Notes under the pieces: generated by a model | What the model was told of the DNA's origin: nothing | The model's input: only the letters and a program-made list of their open reading frames with translations | The model's database searches: none | Origin: Malacoraja senta | Taxonomy: Eukaryota | Assembly (NCBI GenBank): GCA_038087875.1 | Contig: CM075989.1 | Coordinates: 496,001-560,000 of the forward strand | Length of the DNA: 64,000 bases | Direction of reading: 5' to 3' | Position numbers and translations under genes: made by a program | Shown: positions 47,207 through 59,629 of the stretch, one piece after another | How positions within the stretch are numbered: position 1 is the stretch's first letter | Layout of the letters: the number at the start of each line of letters is the position of its first letter

Positions 47207-49653
47207 AATTACTGAAGTGTTGCTTAGAGATTACAGTGCGTTGTGACCGCATATGTAAGGAAGGCCTATGACAGTGTCAAAAATATTATACTTCAGGCCC
47301 GTACGAAGCTTTTCAAAAAGGGCATGGCAGGATTAAAATATTTTAATGTGAAATAAGTGTCAGGCAGCACATATAACAAGCGCGAAGCTCAAAGACCCTT
47401 GCGGCCGGGGTCCAGGGCCTGCATAAGGGCCCTGAAAGCTCTGGGGTTTTAGATGCTCTCTGGTGTATTCTGAGCCTTATTTATCAGCATTTTTGCACCA
47501 AATTTATGACCAATATTTCAGAAATAATTTTGTTTGAGTCAACAGTAATGAGTGGTAGGAATGGGATGATTGGGGTCATTGTTGTATACATTTTTTTAAA
47601 TCAAGAATTGAAGCTGTCCTTGTTTTAATAATCGTTGTAGTAAAATGTTATGTAAAATGTTATAAAGGAGAATGCAAACACTGCAAATAAAATACTGTAC
47701 GTTTTTACAGTAAATAAAACCTTTTTTTGGAAAATGTTTTGTGTGTTGATTTGATTGACTATTACTTTTCGACTGTGTTAGTGTTTGCACATTTAAAATA
47801 TGATGCAAAATAGAAAGATTAAACGAGAATTTACCGTTTGAAGTTTGATCTTTATTTTATGAGAAGTTGAAGTGAGGGACTACGTGAAGAGCCCACCAGC
47901 CCGCATGCGCGTCAATCTTCAGAGCAACTGTATGAAACCACAGACCACTTGTAGGAACTTAAACTATAGAAAGATTAATAATCCTTGACTTACCGAATGA
48001 TCTTTATGAGAATCAGGGTTGGGAGTGGAGTACACGTAGTCCCTCACTTCAACTTCTCATAAAATAAAGATCAAACTTCAAACAGTAAGTTCTCGGTTAA
48101 TCTTTCTATTTTATATCAAAGTCATGTGAGTGACTACGTGAAGCCTTCGAAGCTCTATGGTTTCATGCAGTAAACCAATCAGTGTGTGAAACACTTAAAC
48201 AGATAAACCATAAATGGCAGAAAAACATGGCTTATTAACAACATGATGCTAACTTACATACATGTCCATTGCCCTTAATCGGACCACAGTCCCAATTGGC
48301 TTTGAGTAAGAACAATAACTCATGCAACACTGTTCAGAATTCTATCTGCAACAATGCAGACATGTTTAACGCAATTTATAACTTCTGAAAGTGCACAATG
48401 ATAGCCTCCTGCTGTTGCAAGAAGATGATTAAAGGGGAATATCCATTCTATTGGCTGCTAATGAACCATCCCCCCTGGTAGAGTGAGACTTGAAATTGTT
48501 TGAATTCACTCCCGCTATTCGCCGCTTACACACTATTCATGTTGAGATAGTCTGCACCAGCAATTTCTTGTGAAACTATTGAATAACAATGAAGAAAACT
48601 ATCCTTCATCTCATAGGTACCAGTAAGCTCAGTGTACCTGTATATATAATAACACCCCCAATCTGCAATCTGGTAAGTATGCTGTCAACTGCAAATTGTA
48701 CCCAGCCGTGCCCGTTTAGCTTCATGAGATCATTCCCATAACAACCTACCCCCATGTCATATATGACCCAGAGATGCAGTAGGAGATTGAGTAAAGTCTG
48801 TTCTTTGTGCTGAAATCAGTTGCTAACAGAATAATTAACTTAAAAGATACTGCACCACTTTAGGAATACAGTAGATGAATATCTGCATACTAATTTTTAC
48901 TGATACACATTCCACACTATTATGAGTTTAGGCTTTAGAGTAAGTGGGTAAGTTTATTGGCCAAGTATTCACAAAGAAGGAATTTGCCTTGGTGCAAATA
49001 TTCATATAAAAGTGTTCATATAAAAGACACCTTGCATAACGTTAGTCAACATTGGGTGAATAACCAATCATTTATTGTCCCACTTATAGTACTAGAGAGA
49101 ATGACAAAGCTGCACGAGCAGTGTCAATTGTGCGATAACATAATCGCTTCTCTAAGCCCAAACTGAGAGAACCACTAACCTCTGCTACTTCTGTCTAAAA
49201 TGTAGCTCACATGTGTCCCTTCACATACTTCCCTTACAACCGTGCAGAGCTGGCTGCACGAGAAATAGGCTGAACTAGCCAACACTCGTGACCGAGTAAG
49301 TAGGAGCTTCTTTCAGCCGCCTTTTACAATGGACGAGTAGGCAAAATTGGTACTATTAAAATACATGTTGCCTCATGTTTAATATCGTAAGAGACATCTA
49401 CTGATAAAACCCCTGAAATAATCTATAAACTCCATGACACAATGCCCTATTGATCTGAGTAGGGCAGCATTAACTTTAAAATCTTTGTAAATAGGCTAGG
49501 CCAGAACCCGAACCCTAACGTTAAAATTTCCACCACTGGCTGTGGCATCTCACACACCAGATATATCTGTGCCTCTCGTGTATAGATATGGAAAAGTATG
49601 CATCTTCAAGATCGATTAGGTTAGGTCGATGGGGTTAGGTTAGGTAAGGCGGA

Positions 49654-50768
49654 GTGTTTGCGGATGACACTAAGCTGGGTGGCAGTGTGAACTGTGAAGA
49701 GGATGTTAGGAGGTTGCAGGGTGACCTGGACAGGTTGAGTGAGTGGGCAGATGCGTGGCAGATGCAGTATAATATAGATAAATGTGAGGTTATCCACTTT
49801 GGCGGCAAAAACAAAGGGGCAGATTATTATCTCAATGGGGTTAGGTTAGGTAAGGGGGAAGTGCAGCGAGACCTGGGCGTCCTTGTACACCGGTCACTGA
49901 AAGTTGGCTTACAGGTACAGCAGGCAGTGAAGAAAGCTAATGGAATGTTGGCCTTCAAAACAAGAGGATTTCAGTATAGGAGTAAATAGGTTCTTCTGCA
50001 GTTGTATGGGGCTCTGGTGAGACAACATCTGGAGTATTGTGTACAGTTTTGGTCTCCTAATTTGAGGAAGGACATCCTTGTGATTGAGGCAGTGTAGTGT
50101 AGGTTCACGAGATTGATCCCTGGGATGGCAGGACTGTCATATGAGGAAAGATTGAAAAGACTAGGCTTGTATTCACTGGAGTTTAGAAGGATGAGGGGGA
50201 TCTTATAGAAACATATAAAATTATAAAAGGACTGGACAAGCTAGATGCAGGAATCATGTTCCCAATGTTGGGCAAGTCCAGAACCAGGGGCCACAGTTTA
50301 GAATAAAGGGGAGGTCATTTAAGACTGAGGTGAGAAAAAAATATTTCACCCAGAGAGTTGTGAATTTATGGAATTCCCTGCCACAGAGGGCAGTGGAGGC
50401 CAAGTCACTGGATGGATTTAAGCGAGAGTTAGATAGAGCTCTAGTGGCTAGTGGAGTTAAGGGATATGGGGAGAAGGCAGGCACAGGTTATTGATAGGGA
50501 ACGATCAGCCATGATCACAATGAATGGCGGTGCTAGCTCGAAGGGCCAAATGGCCTCCTCCTGCACCTATTTTCTATTAGAGATTCGAGATTCCTTTATT
50601 TGTCATTCAGACCTTTCGGTCTGAACGCAATTTCGTTGCCTGCAGTCATACATATAATAATAAATGACAAAACACACAATAAACACAAATTAACATCCAC
50701 CACAGTGAGTTCACCAGGCACCTCCTCACTGTGATGGAGGCAAAAGTCTATGTTTCTATGTTTCTATG
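49654..50768 (+). mobile_element. CR1-A 3' portion inserted in the DIRS C RT; its tail is interrupted at 50578-50748
   Basis: FADDTKLGG through to the (TTTCTATG)n tail. Confidence 0.92.
50578..50748 (-). repeat. 3' end of the hairpin-bearing retroposon family
   Basis: Reverse complement AGACTTTTGCCTCCATCACAGTGAGGAGG...CACTGTGGTGGATG...AAATTGCGTTCAGACC...AATAAA resembles 4865-5015. Confidence 0.65.
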
Positions 50769-51540
50769 ATTGAGGCCCTAAATCCTCTGAATCAGCTAAA
50801 TTGCTGAAAGACAATTATCCATCTTAAACTGGTTAACCAAACACATGACCAGACTAGCCAAACCCTAACCTGATTTGGCATGCTACATTTTTCTTCCTCT
50901 GAGAATTCTCAAAACATTCTGGGGTTAAAGCCTTTTGACTTTGATTTTGCCTCAACTGATGGCATCAACCTACAAACCTCCAGTGTCTGACAGAATCAGA
51001 ACATACACCAGATCCTTATGTGACTAGATTTGAGGCGTAGCATCCACTTGGTGTGGGAATACGAGTTCCCTGTCAACTCCTTACAGGCAGAGTCGCCCTC
51101 AGAGTGGAAAATATCATAATGCAACCGTGAACCAGGAGTTGCTGCCGCAGTCCTCTGCCTGGAACGACCTATCTCAGTCGCCAGTGTGTGCAACACATTC
51201 TCTTCACCAAGGTGAGCGCGATGGCCCTGGGCCTAAAAAACACCTCTGGCTAGGTCTGAATTGAGTAGGCCTGGTGTTCCAACCAGCCTCAGAGTAACGA
51301 TTCCTGCCGTTAGTTATATATGGAGGTGGTATGCCCACCGGAATACTGAAGCCCTACCCACATAGGATGGTTCTACCACCCCCGCAGCCGCCTAAAATTC
51401 TCCATGCAAGTCTTAAACTTGCTAACATAAGTCCTCTCCGAAGAGATACTTTGCAGGCTGCATAAATGAGCACATATTTAGGAATTACCTCAGGCGTTAT
51501 CACATTTTGCGATGGCAATTTAGCTACAACTGCGTATTAC

Positions 51541-51971
51541 TGGATAGACTCGGCTTGTACTCGCTAGAATTTAGAAGATTGAGGGGGGATCTTATAGAAA
51601 CTTAGAAAATTCTTAAGGGGTTGGACAGGCTAGATGCAGGAAGATTGTTCCCGATGTTGGGGAAGTCCAGGACAAGGGGTCACAGTTTAAGGATAAGGGG
51701 GAAATCTTTTAGGACCGAGATGAGAAAAACATTTTTCACACAGAGAGTGGTGAATCTCTGGAATACTCTGCCACAGAAGGTAGTTGAGGCCAGTTCATTG
51801 GCTATATTTAAGAGGGAGTTAGATGCGGCCCTTGTGGCTAAAGGGATTAGGGGGTATGGAGAGAAGGCAGGTACAGGATACTGAGTTGGATGATCAGCAA
51901 TGATCATATTGAATGGCGGTACAGGCTCGAGGGGCCGAATGGCCTACTCCTGCACCTATTTTCTATGTTTC
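51541..51971 (+). mobile_element. CR1-B 3' fragment with TATTAC TSD
   Basis: LDAGRLFPMLGKSRTRGHSL...GTGY* plus tail; TATTAC at 51535-51540 and 51972-51977. Confidence 0.92.
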
Positions 51972-52389
51972 TATTACATAAAAGTGCTAATGCATCTTCT
52001 GCACTACCGAAAGCTGAACCTATCTACTGCCCTTGCATCAGTGACCAGTCTTTGGATACGCTGACATTTTAATTCTCTGCCCACGTATCACCACTGAGAT
52101 ATCCCAAATGGTGAGATTGACATTTGGAACATCCAAAGTCAGGCAGTTCATCTGGACTGGCATATTTACCAGCCGTATCCAGCATATACCTCTCCTTAGC
52201 TGATAAGAAGTTAATTCTCCAGTGGATCTCCTATCCCCGAAGGGATGGCAAATTATGTGACAAGAGATGGAACTCCTTCATATGATTAAACTGCAGCATA
52301 TCCCCCATATGTTCAGGGGATTAGAATTCCTTGTCGATATCCCCATTGCCAGAGTTACTTGCGTAATAACCTCCAGTACCTCCCTCTAC

Positions 52390-53940
52390 TGAGCGGGAGC
52401 TAAAATAACGCAACCCTGAACTAGGTGTTGCTTCCCCTCTTCTGAGCGGGAGATATTGTAATGCAAACCTGAGCCAGGTATTGCTTCCCCTCTTCTGAGC
52501 GGGAGATATATAACGCAACCCTGAGCCAGGTGTTGCTTCCACAGGCGATCGACTGGAGCAGCCTGTAAGAGTCTCCTGAGCCAGGAGCACAATTCTATTA
52601 TATACTGACTGGACAGGTCGTGCCTGCTAATGACTCTGAGTCCGGACTTGCTCCCTTCTGGAGCCTCAACGGAGTCTAAAGGGGAGGAATATAACGCAAC
52701 CCTGAGCCAGGTGTTGCTTCCTACAGGCATCTGGCTGGCTCCCTTTTTGAGCTTCAACGGAGGTGTCTGTACGGCCGCACCAGTCAGCTCTCCGCGACCA
52801 GTCACCTGCTCCCTTGGAGCCCAAAAACGGAGATGAGCCTCAATGATGGTAGCTGCACCGGCTGTGCCGTCAGCTTACTGAATCCGGCCACCTGCTCCCA
52901 CTCGGAGCATAACAGCGGTAGCTGCACCGGCCAAGCCGTCAGCCTATTGATTCCAGCCGCCTGCTCCTTTTCGGAGCCTCCACGGCAATAGCTGCACAGG
53001 CTGTGCCAGCTTCTCCGGGCCCTATGTTTGGAGCAACGGTCCGTTCCTGAAACAAAATCCCTTACCTGCCAGCGCCTCTGGTCGACCTCCTTGTTGGAAC
53101 TTCAGCGAAGTTCCATTGCAGACCAAGTCTGACCCCACGCTTGCCAAACAGCTCCCTACCGGAGCTCAAAAGTGACATTGCTGTGCAAGATACGCCTGCC
53201 AGTATTTATGAGCCCAATAGGACAGACTGCTCCTTCGGCCTACAGCCTCTTTGGAGCCTTGCTGGAGCTTACTGTGCACGCTACCAGTTTTATTCCCAGC
53301 CTGGTTAGCCAGGCCGCTCCTTCGGCCCCTTCTGTTCCTTCGGAGCCGTAGTACTCAGCTTAATTCCACAGGCTGCCGCTGCGGCCTTCTGCCTTTTTTG
53401 GAGCCTTGCTGGAGCTGACTGTGCAGATCGCGCTGCCAGTTTCTCCCAGCCTGGATCGACAGGCTGCTCCTTTGGCCAGCTGCTCCTTCGGAGCCTCAGT
53501 GGGGCTCACTAGACAGGTCACGCCTGCCAGTACTGTAAGCCTGGATCAACAGGCTGCTAATGCGGGGCCAGCTAGTGACTCCCGACTGCTCCTTTCTGGA
53601 GCTTCAATGGAAGAAGCTGTATGGGTCGCGCCCTTCAGCTTCTCCGCGTACCGCTGTCTGCTCCCTTCTGGAGCCTCCACGGAGGTGTCTGAATGGTTTG
53701 TGCCCATCAACTTCTCCGCGATCAGCCGCCTGCTCCCATCCGGAGCCTTACTGGCGGCAGCTGCATGGGTCACGCCCGATAGCTTTCGTAATTCAGGCCG
53801 CCTGCTCTCATTCGGAGCCTCAAGGCGGCTGCTGTATGGGCCGCCCGACAGTTTACCAAGTCCGGCCGCCTGCTTCCGTTCGGAGCTCCAACGGTGGTAG
53901 CTGCGCAGGCTGTGCCCATCAGTTTCTCCGGGCCCGCTGC
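52390..53940 (-). repeat. Degenerate tandem arrays (~53-bp and ~72-bp units) in the ORF1 region of DIRS C
   Basis: AACGCAACCCTGAGCCAGGTGTTGCTTCC about 4 times in 52400-52725; CTGCTCC...GGAGCC recurs at 53586, 53658, 53730, 53802 and 53870. Confidence 0.8.
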
Positions 53941-54227
53941 ATCTATTTTTGAGGCAAAATTGTCCTGACTGCTGGAGCAGTTTTGAACTGCTCCGATTCC
54001 TGCGCCATGTGTCGATGTATTGACGCGCATGCGGGCTGGTGGGCTCTTCACGTAGTCACTCACGTGACCGATATAAAATGAAAGCCGCAAACTATGGAAT
54101 ACATATTTTTCAGTATCGTTATCAAGGAAAAGAAAGCAGTTCCAATTGTTTGATATTATTCATATGGAGGTGAAAATATAATTGCTCTAAATCCCTACCT
54201 TAATTTTGCAATCTCACTAAAGATAAT

Positions 54228-54453
54228 TCCCCTTTCACTCTCCCCCCTCCTCCTTCCCCCTCCCTCTCCCTCCACCTCTCTCTCCCTCCCCAATCTCTAT
54301 CTCCCCCCTCCCCATTCCCCCCTTCCCCTCTCTCTCTCCCCCTCTCTCTCTTTCCCCCTCCCCTCCCTCTCTCCCCCCCTCTCTCTCAACCCCCCCTTTC
54401 CTCCTCTCACATCCCCCCCTCTCTCTCCTTCCCTCCCCTGCTCTCTCCCTCCC
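54228..54453. repeat. Polypyrimidine/polypurine low-complexity tract
   Basis: ~225 nt of almost only C/T on the plus strand. Confidence 0.95.
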
Positions 54454-55239
54454 ACGCAGCGAGGCCCGTCTCCGCGCCGCAGACACTGCAGCCCCCCCCC
54501 CCTGGCACTCACGCAGCGTAATATTCCACTACTTACCTGGAGTAGACACCTAGGATCTTTGGTAGACACAAGGCATCGAGGTGGTTGTGTGGAGTGCAAA
54601 TGGAGATCTGAACCCGACTGGGCCCACTGCGCACGTGCGGAGAGACAGCGTCATTTTGCGTCGCTTCTGTGACACCGGCTTCCCCCAACTGCGAAGGCGT
54701 GGATGGTTGCAATTTTTTCCCACATTCCTATCCACTGGAGCGCCGCACGGATGCTGCGCGGGGGCCGAGTACTTCAAACACGGCGGGTCCCACGTGCTTG
54801 CGGTAAGTAAAAAAAAGGGCGGGCCGACTGCGATGACGTCGGCCCGCCGCACGTGACTCACGAGCGGCGGCTGTGGCGGCGGCCGTCCTGATCGCGGCGC
54901 TGTAGCGGTGGCTGTGCCTGCGGCCGTGCCGCACACGTGCCTCACTGGCGGAGGCACGTGCCTCACTGACGGAGGCTGTGGCAGTGGAGGTTTGACGCAC
55001 GGCGCTCGAGCCACACTGGCGGTGGCCCTTGCGGGCAGCCGTGCCGCACTCGTGCATCACTGGTGGAGGTTGTGCGGTAAGTATATAGTTTTCAACATTG
55101 TCGGTTTTATTTTAGCACCGTGCGGTGTTGGGAACACCGCCGCACGGCCCCGGAATTGTACGTTCTCACAAGTGCCCGGTCTATGGCGGCAGATTCTTCC
55201 CGTTTCGCCGCCAATGACCGCAGACCCGTGAGACAGGCC

Positions 55240-56688
55240 TTTTACTGCAGATTATTTGTAATGGGCTTTCTGGGTCTGTTGCAGTATCGATCAGGTTTCA
55301 CATTGTTACTTACAATTGAAACAATATCTCGTTATTCACATTTTAATCACAAAATTCCTAATTCTAAGTTCGTTCACAAAATAATGACAAAAGTTTTCCA
55401 ACGCACTAGTAAGTCTCTCACAAGACAAAGACACAAATTCCTAACACCTAATAAGTCACATAATCTATCTCCTTTCAACCGGGTACCCAAGAATCTTTCA
55501 CGCAAATCTCACACACAAAAATCACAGAGATCACACAAGCTTTTAAAACGGTAAATTAAAACGGCAAACACTCTCGACTCAAGGTGGGGACCACCTTCTC
55601 AACGGAACAAGCAAACCCACTTCAGCAGCAAATCTCATGCACTTAAACACTTGAATTCAAACAAAAGCAAATAACGTTGTAACACACAAACAAAATTACA
55701 CTCAAACAAGAAATAATACTGCTAATAATTACCATGCATAAACACACTGTAATATAAAATATAAGCATTCGAGTACAGTACAATTCTAAATTAGAGCACA
55801 CTATTTTAAACTACACTAGATCACGCTATATTAATATAGTCACGATTCAAACTACGATTACAACAGTAGCATTAATCACACAATCGCTGTATTACAATTA
55901 GGGAGTTATTTTACAATTTTACAAGGTCAAAAACAGATCTGTAAACAATAACCAGTAGCTTTCAATATGCACGCATTGAATTTGGTAAAATTTAATAACA
56001 GACATGTCTTCCCCAGCTTAGTGTTGATTTTAAAGTATCTCAGCCAATTTTACTCCAACACTGAGTTCCCAGTACTGTTTGGGCCTTAAACCACACACAG
56101 GCACAGCCTCGAACCCCTAGCCTCAAACCCTTCTACCCGCTAAATACTGGTCTTCAGCACCTACCCACTTCGTGCTGGTTCTCGGTGCCAATCTTTAACG
56201 TGTCGTCTTTCCAATCGCACTCTCAGCATCGATGCAGTACTTTCCCGTCTTAGAACTGACCTTCTCCTTTGAGGATATCTTGCAATTTATATCCCAGTCT
56301 GAGTGTGGCCTCAAACGCCAGGGTCTAACAAACCTCAAACTTCGGGCCAGTTACAGTGGACTTCCGATTGCAACAGCTGTCCCCCTACTAATGTTGTGGG
56401 GCCTTTAACCCACTAGAGAAGATCCTTTTCAGCCCAACTCCCACCCTCTGGGCCTCCATCCCCCCAGGCGGGGCCTCAAACCCTCACCCTCAGTGCTCAC
56501 CAGACTACTAATCTTCTATCGATCTAGTCGGGAAACCAAACACATGCACACGAATGACCGATTCGTCGTCAGACTAGCGGAGCGGGGAAAATCAAAGCGA
56601 AAGTCACACCATGGCGCCGATTTATCCTCCCGCAATCCGACACGACTCGATTCCATGACTGCAAATTTATTGTTGGCAATGTGTTAAG
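55240..56688 (-). mobile_element. Probable long ERV 5' leader, non-coding
   Basis: Directly follows LTR and PBS on the minus strand; T-rich on that strand; no gag ORF seen; left boundary uncertain. Confidence 0.5.
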
Positions 56689-56706
56689 ATCCCGGAGAAG
56701 CCCCCA
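56689..56706 (-). promoter_or_regulatory. Primer-binding site, tRNA-Pro type
   Basis: TGGGGGCTTCTCCGGGAT, 16/18 to the canonical TGGGGGCTCGTCCGGGAT, 1 nt from the LTR end. Confidence 0.8.
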
Positions 56707-56707
56707 A

Positions 56708-57444
56708 TGTAATTCCGGTCCTAAACTTACCCCCTTTAGTCTGGTTCAGTCAAGCACTGGAAATCCAACTCTCTTTATTGTGCACAATATCAATACAAGA
56801 CCTAGTCCAATACCGCGGGTCCGATCCTAATCTCTGCTTAATCGAGCCCAACAGCCTCGCGCAACTAGAACACACACCCCAGAAGATCGGCACACCCCAA
56901 TGTGCTCCCCACTCTTTTATATCCTGACAGACTCTACATGCGAAAATACATGGGGTGGGGGGGGGGGGGGGGGCAACCACTACAAGCCAATTATCGATAA
57001 GCGCTGCAGAATATATCTGTTCCTTAACCCAATCATATAATATCCCATAACATTGTTTCAACGCAAAGCACTTAGAGGGAAACACTTCTGTTAAATAAAG
57101 AAACATTATCCCAGGTAAAGAAAATATCTTGGGCGGGGCCCCTCTCCTGAACCAATCATAATTAGCGGTGGGAAGACTCTGCAACATTATTGTATCCCAT
57201 TATTTCCCCAACCAATCCCAAGCATGCATTTGCAAAAGGACTGAGCTCCTTCTGCAAAATCTCATTCATATTAACAATTAAAGGCCATCTGTACATCAAC
57301 CTCTATTCAACCCCTTCCCAGGCCACAGACTTTCTGGAGCCATGGTCCTCATGGTCTTGCAGATTTTGCAAAAGATGGCAAGCGGGTTTAACAGAAGCAG
57401 AAATCCTCCATTTTGTCAAGTACCCAAAATGCCTGATATTATCA
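56708..57444 (-). repeat. ERV 5' LTR
   Basis: Homologous to 28920-29658; AATAAA on the minus strand at ~56774; PBS adjacent. Confidence 0.88.
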
Positions 57445-57567
57445 GGTCCACATTTGGATCAATTTGTGCTGAGGGCTAGAATATAGAATAGTACATCAGA
57501 GAAACAAGTCATTTGGCCCAATGTCTGTGTTGAACACAATGCCAACTTGTACTCTATGTTTCTATGG

Positions 57568-59465
57568 GCAAGCTAGATGCAGGAAAAATGTTCCCAATGT
57601 TGGGCGAGTCCAGAACCAGGGGCCACAGTCTTAGAATAAAGGGGAGGCCATTTAAGACTGAGGTGAGGAAAAACTTTTTCACCCAGAGAGTTGTGAATTT
57701 GTGGAATTAACTGCCACAGAGGGCAGTGGAGGACAAATCACTGGATGGATTTAAGAGAGAGTTAGATAGAGGTCTAGGGGCTAGTGGAATCAGGGATATG
57801 ATTAGTCAAGCATGATTTCCCTTTCATAAATCCACATTGACTTGGACTAATCCTTTTACTGCTATCCAAATGCCCCATTATTACCTCTTTAATAATTGAC
57901 TCCAGCATCTTTCCCACCACCGAAGTCAGGCTAACTGGTCTGTAATTCCCCGTTTTCTCTCTCGCTCCTTTCTTGAAAAGTGGGATAACATTAGCTATTC
58001 CACAGGAATTGATCCTGAATCTATTGAACATTGGAAAATGATCACCAATGCGTCCACTATTTCTCGAGCCACCTCCCTGAGGACCCTGGGATGCAGACAT
58101 AGAAACATAGAAACATAGAAAATAGGTGTAGGAGTAGGCCATTCGGCCCTTCGAGCCTGCACCGCCATTCAATATGATCATGGCTGATCATCCAATTCAG
58201 TATCCTGTACCTGCCTTCTCTCCATACCCCCTGGTACCTTTAGCCACAAGGGCCACATCTAATTCCCTCTTAAATATAGCCAATGAACTGGCCTCAACTA
58301 CCTTCTGTGGCAGAGAATTCCAGGGATTCACCACTCTCTGTGTGAAAAATGTTTTTCTCATCTCGGTCCTAAAAGATTTCCCCCTTATCCTTAAACTGTG
58401 ACCCCTTGTTCTGGACTTCCCCAACATCGGGAACAATCTTCCTGCATCTAGCCTGTCCAACCGCTTAAGAATTTTGTACGTTTTTATAAGATCCCCCCTC
58501 AATCTTCTAAATTCTAGCGAGTACAAGCCAAGTCTATCCAGTCTTTCTTCATATGAAAGTCCTGACATCCCAGGAATCAGTCTGGTGAACCTTCTCTGTA
58601 CTCCCTCTATGTCAAGAATGTCTTTCCTCAGATTAGGAGACCAAAACTGTACGGAATACTCCAGGTGTGGTCTCACCAAGTCCCTGTACAACTGCAGTAG
58701 AACCTTCCTGCTCCCATACTCAAATCCTTTTGCTATGAATGCTAACATACCATTCGCTTTCTTCACTGCCTGATGCACCAGCATGCCTACTTTCAATGAC
58801 TGGTGTACCATGACACCCAGGTCTCGTTGCATCTCCCCTTTTCCTAATCGGCCACCATTCAGATAATAGTCTACTTTCCTGTTTTTGCCATCAAAGTGGA
58901 TAACCTCACATTTATCCACATTATACTGCATCTGCCATACATTTGCCCACTCACCCAGCCTATCCAATCCAACCTTGCAGCCTCCTAGCATCCTCCTCAC
59001 AGCTAACACTGCCCCCCAGCTTCGTGTCATCCGCAAACTTGGAGATGTTGCATTCAATTCCCTCGTCCAAATCCTTAATATATATATTGTAAATAGCTGG
59101 GGTCCCAGCACTGAGCCTTGCGGTACCCCACTAGTCACTGCCTGCCATCAGGTCCAGGGGATTTATCATCCTTCAGTCCCATTAGCCTACCTAATACTAT
59201 TTCTCGCCTAATGAAAATTTCTTTCAGTTCCTCTACACACCTTAGATCCTCTGTCCTCCAGTACATCTGGGAGATTGTTTGTGTCTTCCCTAGTGAAGAC
59301 AGATCAGATGTACCTATTCAACTCATCTGCCATTTCCTTGTTGCCCATAATAATTTCACCCGTGTCAGCCTTCAAGATTGGGGACGATCAGCCATGATCA
59401 CAATGAAGTGCGGTGCTGGCCCGAAGGAACGAATTGCCTCCTCCTGCACCTATTTTCCATGTTTC
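57568..59465. mobile_element. Rearranged CR1 cluster: CR1-A 3' end (+) 57568-57799 and 59378-59465, CR1-A internal piece (-) 57800-58097 and 59148-59376, CR1-B (-) 58098-59147
   Basis: GGGATGCAGAC|CATCAGG.CCAGGGG rejoins across CR1-B; ORF 58197-59138. Confidence 0.85.
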
Positions 59466-59629
59466 ATATCTGCTTGCACATGATCCCTATCCCTCCATTC
59501 CCGACACATCCATGTATGTATCCGAAAGGCTTTCAAATTCTAAAGTCGTATCTGCTTCCACCATAATTGATCAGGTTTTTGGTGCGTTAGGTGCTGCACA
59601 AGAGCTCTATCTACAACACCTTATGTCAA

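Larger units (their letters stand above)
47807..54079 (-). mobile_element. DIRS-type retrotransposon C, divergent, decayed and internally deleted
   Basis: Inverted termini with AAAAT at both ends, ICR 48033-48143, YR remnant (AGVNSNNFKSHSTR at ~48480-48515), RT remnant (FKMDN...ASI|DLEDAYFSISIH, LFTKILK) split by a CR1. Confidence 0.85.

Noticed and set aside
49616..49650. Telomeric repeat seed (TTAGG-like)
   Set aside because: Not TTAGGG; it matches GGGGTTAGGTTAGGTAAGG inside the adjacent CR1 and is probably junction filler.
52390..52725. Repeat-spacer appearance suggesting a CRISPR array
   Set aside because: The intervening sequences are themselves repeated, there are no cas genes, and the array lies inside a eukaryotic DIRS element.
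54235..55231. Several overlapping ORFs in the C/T tract and GC-rich region
   Set aside because: Low complexity and high GC suppress stop codons; no recognisable domain.
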